A stretch of 64,000 bases of DNA. Origin: Octopus vulgaris. Lineage: Eukaryota. The notes under the pieces were generated by a model. That model was not told the origin of the DNA. It saw only the letters and a list, made by a program, of their open reading frames with translations, and made no database searches. Below, one piece after another: positions 1 through 12,855 of the stretch (its first letter is position 1; each line of letters starts with the position of its first letter). The stretch covers positions 120,218,001 to 120,282,000 of the forward strand of contig OX597816.1 in assembly GCA_951406725.2 (NCBI GenBank), in the 5' to 3' direction. Made by a program: the position numbers and the translations under genes.

Positions 1-383
1 AGAGTCAATGCTATTGTCTACATAGAGGTGTTGGAGAAAATTATGAGGCCCTGCACAGACAGAGAATGCAATGGAAGACTCTGTGCCATGTCATAAGGCT
101 AGCACAACCCAAGCGTGGATACATGCCAATCTTCATGATCATTTTCTCTCAGATACATAGCTTCATTGCTTAACAGACCTCATTCCACTGGACTATTATG
201 TATGGAGCATAGTCATAAGAGAGAGAAGTCAATCAACATTTCCGTAACACCATACCATCTCTCAAGTCTGCCAAAAGCAGTACTATTTCCAAAATTGATA
301 AAAATCATCTTATTCAGGCTTGTCAACGCTTCCAACCCCGTATTGAAGCAGCTATTGATGCCAACAGTAGATTTATTGAATAG
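1..383 (+). mobile_element. Tc1/mariner-superfamily transposase remnant, C-terminal half, DD37D (maT-like)
   Basis: From 77 it translates DSVPCHKASTTQAWIHANLHDHFLSDT*LHCLTDLIPLDYYVWSIV, with 37 residues between the last two catalytic Asp. After a frameshift it reads LIQACQRFQPRIEAAIDANSRFIE*. The stop and frameshift mark a dead copy. Confidence 0.8.
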
Positions 384-2097
384 GTGTAGTAAGAGGATTC
401 TCAAGATTATTTGTATAAATTTATTTTCAAATCCAAATTAAATTAGACTCAGCTGTTTAAAAAGGAAGAACAGAACAGATCATGTGGTCCTAGACAAACT
501 GTATCAGAAGAAAAAAGAAAAGACGGGAAGGTTGCAGTTAGAATATTTTGATCAAAGATAAATCTGCTGAATAAGAGGTGATTCTGGGTTCAGTAACAAC
601 AACACCGTTGTCGTTGTCATCATCATCAGAAATCAGCAGTGGCAGAGCAGAGAATCCTCTGACTGTCAAAACAACATCCTGAGAATTTGGTAACTCGTGA
701 CCCACAGCACTTCTCTGACAGCAAAACTAGTTTTTTAGTTGAGTCAAGAAAAAAGATGAGTAATGTTTTATAACTTTTCTTCTTTAAATTTGAAACAAGG
801 TTATTGCGGTAAATTTTTGCTTAAGTGGTGAGCTTTTCAAGCCTCTCATTCGAATATGATTCATTCAATCATGTGCTTAAGAACAAATTCAGAGAAAACA
901 AAAATTGTTTACCTCAAAAGTGGAGTGAAAACATTACATACATACCCCTCTTTCTCTCTCCCACACATGCATATACACACATACGCTCTCTCTCCAATGT
1001 CCCACTTTCTGACAAAACAAAATTCTGAAACGTTAAATTCTACACTTCTTATTGAATTCTTCTATCACTAATTTACCAATGGACAGATTGTTACTGAAAC
1101 AAGCATTGATTAATTTCTTTGGTTGTGTATTTTACTCTATTTGTTTCCGTTAGTTTTCAAATAACTTCAAAAGCAAGAGTTGAATATGTACGAGGACATA
1201 GACATAATAAGTACCACATATTTGAAACTCAGTCAGTATGGTGTATATTTTTCTGTTGCAAATTAATGATTATTATCTTTAATATAATTTCACACTGAAA
1301 ATCTTAGTAATCAGGTTCATTTGAAAATATTCCTGTAGTAAAAAAAGGATAAAAAAAAACTTTAAGCTTGTTTGTAAAATGAAATAAACTATACTAATGT
1401 AATTAGTTGGTAATGATGTTGAGCTGACGTTTTTTTTCCTGTGAGCACATGATACTTCCTGCTCAGACTGATCAGCTTTGTCTCATTTGCACAGCAGTAC
1501 ATAAGTTGACATCTTTGTTAATTACCATTGTACTAAATAACATTTTTCAGTAATTTAAAATGTAACATTGTATCTCTTTATTCTATGGCTAGCATTAGCT
1601 TTTTATTAAGCTAGTTATTAATCTCTCTGTGAACAGAAGATGGATATTTCTTTTCGGGTTAAGGATGAACACTAGTTAGGTAAATGCCTTTTTTTTCCTG
1701 CTCAAAGAGAGATAAAACCTGCAGTTTACTTTCACAGCAAAGCTAAAATTTTATGTTTATGCTTTCTCTCTCTCCATGTGTGTATGTATATACATGTGTA
1801 TGTATGTATGTATATATATGTGTATGTATGTATGTATGTATGTATGTATATATGTGTATGTATGTATGTATGTATATATCTATGTACCTAGCTACCTACT
1901 GACCTACCTACCCATTCAACCAACCAATCTCTCTCTTTCTCTAATTCAAATAAAAAGAGAAAGATCAAACACCAACGGGGAATATAGTCATTATAGATGT
2001 ATTATATTTATGAATTTCTCTTGCAAGATTCCTGATGTGAAGTTGTGTGTTGAAACAGATATTGTTGTATTTCAGGATGATCACTTTTTTGTTTGTC

Positions 2098-3196
2098 TGC
2101 CAAATAAACCCACGCACTATATATTCGTTATTCACTTGTTTATTACTGTTCTTATTCTAACTCATGTTCCGGAAATCTTTCGCCACACATCTGTGACCTC
2201 TTCAGCAACACTTTCCGTCTTCGTGTGTGCCCTTACTCCACTTATTTCATCCTGTTCTTCTATCATGTGTATCCTTATATGTGCATGCATTTGCACCCGT
2301 GTTTGTGAGTGTGTGTGTGTCATTGTTCTTAATAGCTCTACGACCTTCCTCTCAACCCCATCCCCTCCCCCGTTGTTGTTGCTGCTGTCTTAGGACCCGA
2401 AATTTGGTACAGTTTCTGTATTTCTCTGTGTTTGTGAGTTCGCTCATGCTGTGGCCATCGTGGTTGTTGTTGCTGTTGTTATTGCCATTGTTGTCACTGC
2501 TGTTGCTATTGTCATTATTCGTGTTCTTGATAGTGTTGTGGCCATCTGTGGAGTTATTGTATGTGTGTTTGTGTGTGTATATAGGTTCGCTTCCTATGTT
2601 GTTTGCATCCCTGCCTTTATATCGATTTTTTTATTCATTTATTTATTAAAAAAAAGATCTAGATAAAGGGCAGGGACACAAACAACATGGAAAGCGAACC
2701 TATATACACATACAAAAACTTCACAGACAGCCTCAACAATATCAATCCATGAATAACAACAAAAACAACAGCAGTGACAACGATGGCAATAACAACAACA
2801 ACAACAACAACAACAACCATGATGGCAGCGGTGTGGGCGAACACAAACACAGAGAGGTACAGGAACTGTACCGAATTTCGGGTCCTAGGATAGCAGCAAC
2901 GACAACGGGGGCGGGGATGGGGTCGGTCATAGAGCGATTAAGAACAATGACGCACACACATATACATATGTACACACACACACATATACGGACGCAAACG
3001 CATGTGCATATAAGGATACACATCATAGAAGAACAGAATGAAATAAGTGGCGCAAAAGCACATACAAAGACGGAAAGTGTCACTGAAGAGGTCACAGATG
3101 TGTGGTGAAAGATTTCTGGACAATGAACATGAGTTAGAATAAGAACAGTAATAAACGAGTGAAGAACGAATACATAGTGTGTGTGTTTATTTGGCA
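2098..3196. repeat. ~1.1 kb imperfect palindrome (foldback), arms ~520-540 bp, centre ~2640
   Basis: ORFs 1776..2393(+) and 2742..3248(-) give near-identical peptides (PNK.THY.FV.H.FITVLILTHV..EIF.HTSVTSS.TLSVFVCA). The centre reads ccctgcctttat...ataaagggcaggg around a short AT-rich spacer. Confidence 0.9.
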
Positions 3197-3863
3197 AAAA
3201 AAAAAAAGGGACCATCGCAGAATGCAATGATAGACGTATTGTAGTCATGCTATTTAGTTCTCTTTAGTTTTGGGCTGCAGGTCCAATTAGCCCTTGACAT
3301 GGAGTGCAGCTTTTAAGCAAGTATATATATATAAATATGTATACATGTGTGTGTGTGAGTGTGTAGTTTTATTAAAAAAACATACATACATGCACACAGA
3401 GCAAGAAGTATACAGGAGACATAAACATATTTAATATACTGCTTGCACTGCAGAATATGTCCTTCATCAGGTGTCGAGTGGAAATGACAATGGCTTCGTG
3501 AATTTCCGTCTGTAGTATTCCGTCCAGCAGTACCAAAAGACATTTATCTTTTAACATGTAATGTTCACATCCTTTTGGGTCTTACTGCAGCAAGTTTATC
3601 TCTACACATTTTTCTGTCATACACGCACTCACCAAACGAAATATGGGACAGTGACGTTGCTAGAGAGTATGCTGCTCAGGAAAGCCCTTGAGCTCACTGG
3701 CCCCGGTCCCGTCCCTGATACCGGCTTATACAGCAGACCCAAAAGTGCTCCCTGAGGCGGTTTGCCCCTCGATCTCCACCTAGCTACGCTACTGACGTAG
3801 TGTAACTTAACCATTGCATTCAGATTGTGCCTATTTCATTATATATCTATATTTATATTTACA

Positions 3864-4121
3864 TGCCAGTGGCACGTAAAAAGCACCAATCCGATCATGG
3901 CCGTTGCCAGCCTCACCTGGCACCTGTGCCGGTGGCACGTAAAAAGCACCCACTACACTCTCGGAGTGGTTGGCGTTAGGAAGGGCATCGAGCTGTAGAA
4001 ATACTGCCAGATCAGACTGGAGCCTGGTGCAGCCTTCTGGCTTCCCAGATCCCCGGTCGAACCGTCCAACCCATGCTAGCATGGAGAGTGGACGTTAAAC
4101 GATGATGATGATGATGATGAT
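3864..4121 (+). mobile_element. SINE/RTE-type retroposon 3' part ending in (GAT)n
   Basis: tggttggcgttaggaagggcat...ggacgttaaacgatgatgat tail. A closely similar copy lies at 18129-18668. Confidence 0.7.
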
Positions 4122-4170
4122 ATTTATATATTTAGAAATAGATAATGCAAATAATATAAAGAAAACTCAC

Positions 4171-4581
4171 CTGACAAGATACTTCATATGAACTGCATAT
4201 TTTAGTTTTTGATAGAGCATCTAAATATCTGGTTCTCCTTGCCTGAATGGAATGCTCTATTTGTTTCTGTGTTATATACCTGATTAAATTTTCACATTCA
4301 TCTGTTTTCTCTGTATCTCTTCTCATGGAATTGGGGACATGGGATTCTTTTTCACAGAACATTATGAAGCAGAAAAGTTGCTTATACTTGTTTCTACCTT
4401 CTATTTGTTTAATTTGTTTCTATTCCTGTCAGCCTGTAGGTTACGCTTGATGGTTTGTGGGAGGTGTATTCAACGACAGTATTATCCTCAATTAGATGTT
4501 GGTAGCGGTTTGTTACAGCTGGAACAATGGATTTGTAGCTTGTATTGGCACTGTTTCTATCAAGGTTCAATGACACAGCTT
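4171..4581 (-). other. Candidate spliced exon of an unidentified host or lncRNA transcript
   Basis: Non-repetitive sequence bounded on the minus strand by acceptor ttcttcatacag| (4582) and donor cag|gtgagt (4170). No recognisable protein and no single frame open throughout. Confidence 0.2.
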
Positions 4582-5059
4582 CTGTATGAAGAATAATGAA
4601 TTCATTTTATGAAACAATTTAAGATTTGCATGTCACTTTCGTACACTTGATCACCATCTCAAAGTCTTTGACTCTATATAAAAAAATAGAAATAAAGTAA
4701 TAAGATGAAACAATAATCGTTTTATAATGCTGATTATGGTAGGTGTAATAAGAAGAACCTGACGTTTCAGAATTGACCTCTTGTCTGTGTGTGTGTGTGT
4801 GTGTGGCATGGGTTGGACAGTTCGACAGCGTCTGATTTAGATGAACCAATATCTCTTTTAGTATTCCTTATACGGCTTGATGCCCTTCCTAACGCCAATC
4901 ACTTAACATAGACTACTGGGTACTTTTGCATTGCCCCAGCACGAGTGATTGCCTTGTAACTTGCAAGGGTAAGGCTCGTGACTGACCGCTATAACGGTGG
5001 GAGAAAGAGAGAGAGAGAGAGAGAGAGGGAGGGAGGGAGGGAGAGAGAGAGTTCTTCTT

Positions 5060-5400
5060 GGGAAGAGTACTTTCTTCTACATCCTCATTTTCCTTTCTAA
5101 TTAGAACCTGAGAAAATCGACGAGGGCTTGAGCAAAGAGGAGGGTGCTTATCCTCAATCCTTTCAATCCCATTCACCACACATCCATCACTTTCTTAAAA
5201 GTGCATTCGTCCTACACGTTGCAGCAGCTGTTTGGCATGACTTCACAAGTCAGCAATCTGCATGCAATACAGTTTCATCACTCTGCAGGCATCTCAGACA
5301 GTCCAGAATAGCAGTTCTTCCTTATCTGTGTAGAGTTTATCTCAAATCAGTAGTGCCACTCAGTAGCAATACCTGACCAAGGATTTCTGAAAATTATTCA
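5060..5400 (-). mobile_element. L1/Tx1-like LINE ORF2 C-terminal (zf-RVT) fragment, degraded
   Basis: Minus strand reads ALLI.DKLYT...CLRCLQSDETVLHA, homologous to 7440-7620 and 8330-8600. Confidence 0.55.
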
Positions 5401-6289
5401 CAGTAGGCTTTGACAATAACAACGATAGCAACGGTGGCAACTTCAACGACAACGAATTCATTTATTAGGCACAAGAGTCCAATATATTGAAGACAATCGC
5501 ATACAAAGGATGAAATATAAGCAACGAGGGGTTTACATCAACGAAAAGGAAATTAAGGAAAAATTATCCATAACAAAATATGGTGGTGGTAGTAGTAGTG
5601 GGAGGAGGAAGAGAGGGAGGCGGTGATTTGGTAGAGTTGTTAGAGTGTAACACAAAGTGCCCTGAGTTCAAAACCGCCGAGATCAACTCTGCCTTGCGTC
5701 CCTACACGGTAAAAACAAAGTAGAGTGGATCAATTTATCGAATGGTTCCCTTCCCCTAAAAACGTGACTTGGTGCCTATATGAGAAAGCATTTTTATTTA
5801 GTGTCTATATCTGATCTTTACATTATTTTGTCGAAGCATCTAGACAATAAAGAGTTGGGAATCTGTGATTGTTGTTTGTGAAACTAAGAAAACTTTGAAG
5901 GACTGAGAGTAGTGTTGGTGTTATTGCAAAGAATTTCTTATTTGAATCACGACAGGAACACTTGTGCTGTGACACTCACTATTTATATTCAACGTGAATA
6001 TATAGTCTGCTTATTATTGTACTGTTCTAGTCATATTTAACAGTCAAAGAGGGGAGAGTTGAAGAATAGAGAAGGCGGTAACAAGATGGCGAGCATGCGC
6101 TGCTTGTGTGAATGTACCTATGAATATTACAAATCAGTGGAGCTAAATAAATGTACAGAAAATGTTGTGGCTTTTGTAATTAAATCATAAGCCGAATCTT
6201 ATGCAAATCAATGACCCAAATGACTGGGAGTGGGGTGTTGTCTTCTTAGTGTTTCAGTAAACAGTATAATATGCTTTGAGGGATATTTG

Positions 6290-6700
6290 GACGTGGTAAC
6301 TATAAGCCAGATTAGGATATCTGAGATGAAATTACTCGTTTCCTTTCTAGGCAGCTATGACATCTACACCTCTTTCAGTTGAATTCAACTGAATTACACA
6401 GTTGTGTTGTTTCGGAAAGGCCTGTACCTGGAAGTCACTACAGATTTCCTAGAATTTATCTGCAGTTTCAGATAGTTGGCTACACGGACCACAAATTCAT
6501 GACCTAAATCAACTTAAAATGGACTAACAGAATGGGAGATGGTTACAGGAAACTGAACACGCTTTTTTTGATGCAGGAAGATTTCAGGGCTTGGATTGAT
6601 GCAATTTTAGCCTTATATTTTGTTCTTGTATTAACCTCAATGTCTTGGGCTCTTGTAATCAATGGCAAACTGATATGGATGTCTTTTAAGCGACACGTCT
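6290..6700 (+). mobile_element. L1/Tx1-like LINE endonuclease-end fragment
   Basis: YTDHK (SDH-type APE motif) followed by GDGYRKLNTLFL..EDFR, which resembles the GPGYWKLN motif after the APE domain. Confidence 0.5.
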
Positions 6701-6864
6701 TTCTGCTGTTTGTCTCTTTGACCGACCTGCACACATGGGGGTGGGGATGGGGCAAGCGTAGACCGAGGTTAAACGTTTGGCATCTGGAGTGTTGCTAGGC
6801 GCTTACTCCAATCTACTAGCTGGACAATGCCATCAGCAGGAAAACAACTACTACTACTACTACT

Positions 6865-8030
6865 ATTTTGTTGGCCTCAAAGGTCGCAAAAACACATTAT
6901 GACGATACAGTGACAAAAGACAGTAGGTGTGTTCATAAACAAGTGTAAACGATAAAAAAAATAGCAACAAAATTCCAATTACCATCCAAAGGTAACCAAA
7001 GAGCACCACGAGTCCTGAATCATTCAGCTCACCAGGGTTATTATAGCAAGTGCTTCTCTCTCTTTCGTACTGTTCAACCTACGGGTGAATGCTTAGATTA
7101 GGTCCGTTCACCTGGATCATTCTCGGTTCATTCCCCCACTTTTTTACAAATTTACTGGTGGGAGGAGGTAGCACCTCCCTCTCCATCTTCAATTTCCTTC
7201 CCAAATGGAACTTGAACAAGCCAATGTGGGCTTGGCTGAAAAGGAAATTGTCTGTCTTTAGTCTTTCAGTCATGTCCAGCACACAACCTTTTTTGTCATA
7301 ACCACCAGCCAAAAAAGGAAAACTGCTTGCCCTTCCTTGACAAAGAAAGATAGTGTGGCTATCTTCACGAGGGTGTCGGCCAATAACCAGATCCATCGTA
7401 CATGTGATAGCAGCTGTTCGAGGTAACTTCACAAGTCAACAATGCAGTGCATGCAGGACAGTTTCACTGCTCCATGCATATCTCGAGCAGGTTCAGTTGA
7501 CAGTATTACTATGCCTGTAGAGTCTATCCCGAACTGGCAATGCCTCCCGGTAACACCTCGAAGCCAGAAATTTTTGGAAGTTATCTATGGGCTCTGACCT
7601 GAAAGCCCAGCCAATTGAATTTCATTGACACCGAAAGTTTACCCGAGGATGCCGTCACTCTTACCCACCTCAAATTCTCTATGGAACTCTATGGTGGAAC
7701 AGCCACTGACCGCATTGCATGACTGGCAAAGGGTTGCAAGTGTCTTACTGCACTTTAGGTGCCAGGCGCCTTGCTGTGGCCAATGGTTGATCTAGGGCTG
7801 CAGTTCTGTCATAGAGACGAGCTGTAGAAAAGTGTGGCTAACAAAAGGGTGACCACATCTGGTCACTGTTAAGGAAACGATGTTTGCACATCATTAGTGA
7901 CGACATTCCCTGTCCTCCACACAATGGATGCTAACAGCGAATGGACTGTTTGACCTCTTCACAGAAAGCCGAAGATCAAGCATTCCATTCTGGTCAATCA
8001 TGAAGTGGGGTAAGGTGCAAGTGGTAATAG
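6865..8030 (-). mobile_element. L1/Tx1-like LINE 3' fragment (ORF2 C-terminus plus 3' UTR)
   Basis: ALPVRDRLYRH...TCSR...ETVLHAL zinc-binding region, then FKFHLGRKLKMEREVL...KFVKKW (ORF 7079..7432). The 3' UTR ends next to a (TAG)n tract. Confidence 0.65.
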
Positions 8031-8159
8031 AAGAGGACAGCAAAGTAGGAATTCACCACCTCCAGCCATTTAGTTTCTTCTCCAGTAGTAGTAGTAGTAG
8101 TAGTAGTAGAAGAAGGAGAAGAAGAAGAAGAAGAAGTAACAGCAATGAGATCTTGGAGT

Positions 8160-8640
8160 AAAAGGAAAGTGTGTGTCTTCAATTTTTTCAGTCGCTTCAC
8201 TTGCGTCCACCATATAATTTCTTTTGTCATAACCTCCAGTCTGGGTAAAATTGCCTACTCCTTTTCAGTGAAAGGAAAGCGCTGGTATGCTCTTCAAAAG
8301 TAACTTTGATAAAAAGCACAATCCATCCTATCCGCAACAGCAGGTGATCGACGAAACACTGCAAAGTTAGTAATGCTTAGAAACTGAACGAAGACTTGCA
8401 GAGCAGTTTTATCGTTTTGCACACATCTCAAAGCAGGCCTGTCTGTCGAAACTGCTGCCTGTGCAGAGTTTATTTCGAACGAGCAAACAACCGTTTGTAG
8501 CACGGTCAGGTCGAGGATCTCCAGAAGATAGCCATAAACCCATCCCGAGTTGAAAGTCTTCAAGACAAGAGCAGCTAGTTGATTTTCATTGTCAAAGTTT
8601 TCTCGAGAACGCCACCGCTGACCTCGCCATCACTAGTTCT
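8160..8640 (-). mobile_element. Third L1/Tx1-like ORF2 zf-RVT fragment
   Basis: ORF 8294..8563 includes DRPALRCVQNDKTALQVFVQ, aligning with the same region in the two other copies. Confidence 0.5.
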
Positions 8641-10605
8641 CAGATATCGTACTATCTTAACCTTGACAATAATAATAAAAAAAAGAGTATGTTAAAAAAT
8701 GGTACACAGACATCTCCGCCCCCACTCACTTACCTGAAGAAAGTTGGCGCATGAAATGTGTGTGTGTGTGTATGGATGGATGGATGTTGTATGTATGTAT
8801 GTATCTGAAGATGTGTGCGTATGTATATGTTTGTGATAGAGTGAGAGAAAGAGCGACGAGGGAGAGAGAGAGCAACATAGCGTGCGTAAGATTATATTTA
8901 TAATTTAGTTAGAGAACGTGGCACAGGGCCATAGAGAACGTGGCACATAGCTTACGTAAACACACTAGTGGGTTTTAACTTGTATGTACGTACGTACGTA
9001 TGTATATATATGTATGTATGATGTGCATGCATGTATGTATGTACGTACATATGTATGTGTATGCATATACGTACATGTGCCTGTATGTATGTATACGTGT
9101 GTATCGAGGTGTGCACGCATAGGACTATCCAAATATGGGTTTCAAATTTATCTAACATGTTAGACTCAAGTTTTATATCGATATCTTACACGTACACACA
9201 CACACACACCCTCTCATACACGTGCTTTCATGCAGACACTGATTCACATATCCCAAACAATATACATGAATGTATAAATATATATATACACACAAATTAC
9301 ACATCTAATCTCAAATACTTGTGCACATAAGCACGCTGTGACAAACACGTACACGCACACACAAATGTCCCAGACGTGTTATTAACGTCCGCATCCATCC
9401 TGTCTAAAAGAGAATCACACATACACACACACACACAAAGATAATAAATGGATCGAATGCGGGACATTGAACTTGGGTGATGATGATGATTAATAAGCTA
9501 ACTCACGAGCAAAATCTGTCGTTCATTATCATTGTTTTTGCTGAACTTGTAGTCTTGATGCTCGGGTATCACTCGAATACCGACTGATACTAAATACAAA
9601 GTCCGCAATTAGTTGTTTCTCGATTCATTCGTCAGCTTTCACGCTCTTTCTTTCTTTCTATCTTCCTCGTTTTCTCTTTTGCCTTCTCTCACCCTCTCGT
9701 CTTATATTTTTGTTGTGATAACGTTCGCAATAATACTATGAGCGAAATAAAAAGGCACTAATATTAAAAAAAAATAAAAATATAAGGTTAGGGTGAAAGG
9801 TCTGTTCTGTAGTTCACGATGACAAGTATTTCGTTATTAAGATATTCATTTTTGTCCTTGCTGAAGTCCAAAGACAAGGTCGTAAGGCCGTGAAATTCAA
9901 GCTATAATGTTTTAAGTCGGCTGGCTTATATAATATATATAAAATTATTATCAAGGGTATCTAAGAGATATCACTATGCTAGAAATAGCAGCCAAAACTT
10001 TACTCTAAAACCACATTAAATGTTTATACAGCACCAGGAGAGAAAACAAAGAGACAAAATAAACTAGCAAAAAAAATTACTGGATAATTCCAGATCTCGG
10101 ATTTCTGACTCTGTGGAATATATGCAGATAGCACATAAATACAAATATATATATATATATAAACAACATATGAACACTTACATATACGAACGTATACATA
10201 TATACGTATGCACACGACCTGTTTAAATTGCCCGCCTAAAAACTCGTGCGATATGGTCAAAATACCATCGCAGTGAATATAATGACGAAATAAATATATA
10301 AATTTATATAAATAAGGATAAGATCGTTATTTAAAATACCGATCTTATTTCCCAACTTACAGTTAGTTTTGTTTAATGGGAATAAAAACTTCAAAGGTAA
10401 TAATTATTATTAAAAATATAATTAAGGGTATCTAAGAAATACCACCATGCTAGAAATAGCAGCCAAAACTTTACTCTAAAACCACATTAAATGTTCATAC
10501 AGCACCAGGAGAGAAGACAAAGAGAAAAAATAAACTAGCAAAAAAATTACTGGTGCTGTATGAACATTGAATGTGGTTTTAGAGTCAAGTTTTGGATGCT
10601 ATTTC

Positions 10606-11023
10606 GGATCTTTTCGGTTTGAACGGCAGTTTTTTTCTAGCGGTGTCATATGAAACTGTCACCCATAATTATGACTCTAGTATCGATCTATTGCATTTCA
10701 ATCTGTTTTAGGGTTAGGGTTAGGGATGGGGGAAGGGTATCTTTTTTCTTCACAAATGTAAATAAACCCAATCTGTTTCTTAAACGAGGGACATATTCAT
10801 ACGGCACATAATGTTTTTTTTTACCTCAATAGACGTCATTGATTAGTTGAAATTGCAGAAATTGAAGAAAAACAACAAATATCTTTCAAACTATAGAATT
10901 TTCTCAATAAAGCCAAGAGAAAAAGATGTTTTATAAACATATTCTACCAGTATACGAAGTTTTAAAGTGTTTAGTTACGTGGAAATTATTTTAAAAAACT
11001 GCCGTTCAAACCGAAAACATTCC
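10606..11023. mobile_element. MITE with ~30 bp TIRs, 8-bp TSD GCTATTTC and internal TTAGGG repeats
   Basis: TIRs ggatcttttcggtttgaacggcagtttttt / aaaaaactgccgttcaaaccgaaaacattcc. GCTATTTC sits at 10598-10605 and 11024-11031. Confidence 0.9.
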
Positions 11024-11042
11024 GCTATTTCTAGCATGGTGG

Positions 11043-11115
<73 letters not shown>

Positions 11116-11182
11116 TATGTACACGCACGTATATATACATATATGTTGTGGTGCACCTGAGCACTGTATACAATAATTTCAC

Positions 11183-11237
<55 letters not shown>

Positions 11238-11395
11238 CCTGCCTGCCTGCCTACCTACCTACCTACCTACCTACCTACCTACCTATTTACCCACCCACCT
11301 ACCTACCTCCCTCCCTACCTACCTACCTACCTACCTACCTACTTACCTACCTACCTACCTACCTACCTACCTACCTACCTACCTACCTACATACA

Positions 11396-11429
<34 letters not shown>

Positions 11430-12184
11430 CATATAGCTCAGTATTAACCCTTAAACAAAATAAGCACGTGCTTAGAGTATCAAGGGAAGAGGGGCTACCA
11501 CAGAATTGGTAAATGATTTACGACACGGAAAAAGTAAATAAAGCCACTTTAAACTTGCTAAAATAATCTTCAAAGTGGTTTATACGATCGGAAATATAAT
11601 TTCGAAGAGTTTATGGTGTCATAGTGAAAATCTGATCAAAAGCTATATAATTAAAAAAAAAAAAAGAAAGAAAGAAAAAGAAAGCATTTAAAATTATAAA
11701 AGACAGTGGAAGTATACGAAAATGAACATTATTTCCCAACTTACAATTAGTTTTGTTTAATTTTGAAAGCCAAAATAATAATTTTATGGTTTATTATTGT
11801 TTACGTTTTGAATTACATATATATGAGGGCACCAAAAATCTTTTAAATACTTCGATCCTCTATGGGTCTTAATTTGGTCCTGCATACATACATACATACA
11901 TACATACATACATACATACATACATACATACATACATACATACATACACAGGCAAGTATACACATACACATATTTATAAATATAGTGACTTCGGAGTTTT
12001 GGCCTGCTAGCTTTCATCGGACTGTTCGATGAAGGCAAGTATGTCTGTCACCGTTCTTGTAAAAGTATAATAAATATTGTACTCCACACAACATGTTTAG
12101 TAATTTTTCTGTTTAATGTAATATTATATTTATTATAACTCGAACTAAAAACAAACATTAATTTAAGTGTGTGTGGATACATTC

Positions 12185-12216
<32 letters not shown>

Positions 12217-12313
12217 ACGGGAAGCTTTATGAAAATAAACAAAAGACGAAGGCAGGTGGAATACAAACAAACAATTGTATTAGTATGGCGCTCAGGAATA
12301 TAAGTAAAACAAG

Positions 12314-12351
12314 TCTTTTACATTTCGAGCCTACGCTCTTCAACAGAAAGA
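12314..12351 (-). ncRNA. Minimal type I hammerhead-like motif, core CUGUUGA (A6 altered, probably inactive)
   Basis: Minus strand ucuuu-CUGUUGA-a-GAGC guag GCUC-GAAA-U-GUA-aaaga, inside a ~200 bp (TA)n-flanked element. Confidence 0.5.
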
Positions 12352-12415
12352 TACACAGAAATGAAACACGGAGAGAAACAAGGAGAGAAAAAAATGCGTG
12401 CAGAAGCTAGCGAAT

Positions 12416-12464
<49 letters not shown>

Positions 12465-12762
12465 GGTCCCGGGTTGATTCGGGGTTAACCACAGTAAATA
12501 AGGTACTCAATACATAGCAGAGTAAAATTAATTTATTATATAGAAGGAGCTTCTACAGGACTAGAACTGTTTCATTCAAGAGTTTTTTTTATTTTTTTTT
12601 TTATTATTTTTTTTATTTATTCTTCTATCTAATTTAACACTGACTCCTTGACCACTCCCCCAAGTATGATATTTTGCGCTATGCCTACCCCCCAAAAGTC
12701 CCCCACCAACACCCCTTTAAACCTGCCTAAATGTATAAATGCCAATACAATTCTTGTTAACT

Positions 12763-12813
12763 AGCTTCCTGAAGATTTCTCTTGAATGAAACAGTTCTAG
12801 TCCTGTAGAAGCT
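12763..12813 (+). ncRNA. Type I hammerhead ribozyme motif (Penelope-like pLTR context)
   Basis: agcuuc-CUGAAGA-u uuc ucuu gaa u-GAA-ACAG uucuaguc CUGU-A|gaagcu. Stem I has 6 bp, stem III 4 bp, GUA site after 12807. An inverted partial copy lies at ~12537-12582. Confidence 0.7.
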
Positions 12814-12818
12814 CCTTC

Positions 12819-12855
<37 letters not shown>

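Noticed and set aside
3649-3794. Possible hAT-type MITE (cagtgacgttgctag / ctagctacgctactg)
   Set aside because: The TIRs are imperfect and there is no 8-bp TSD.
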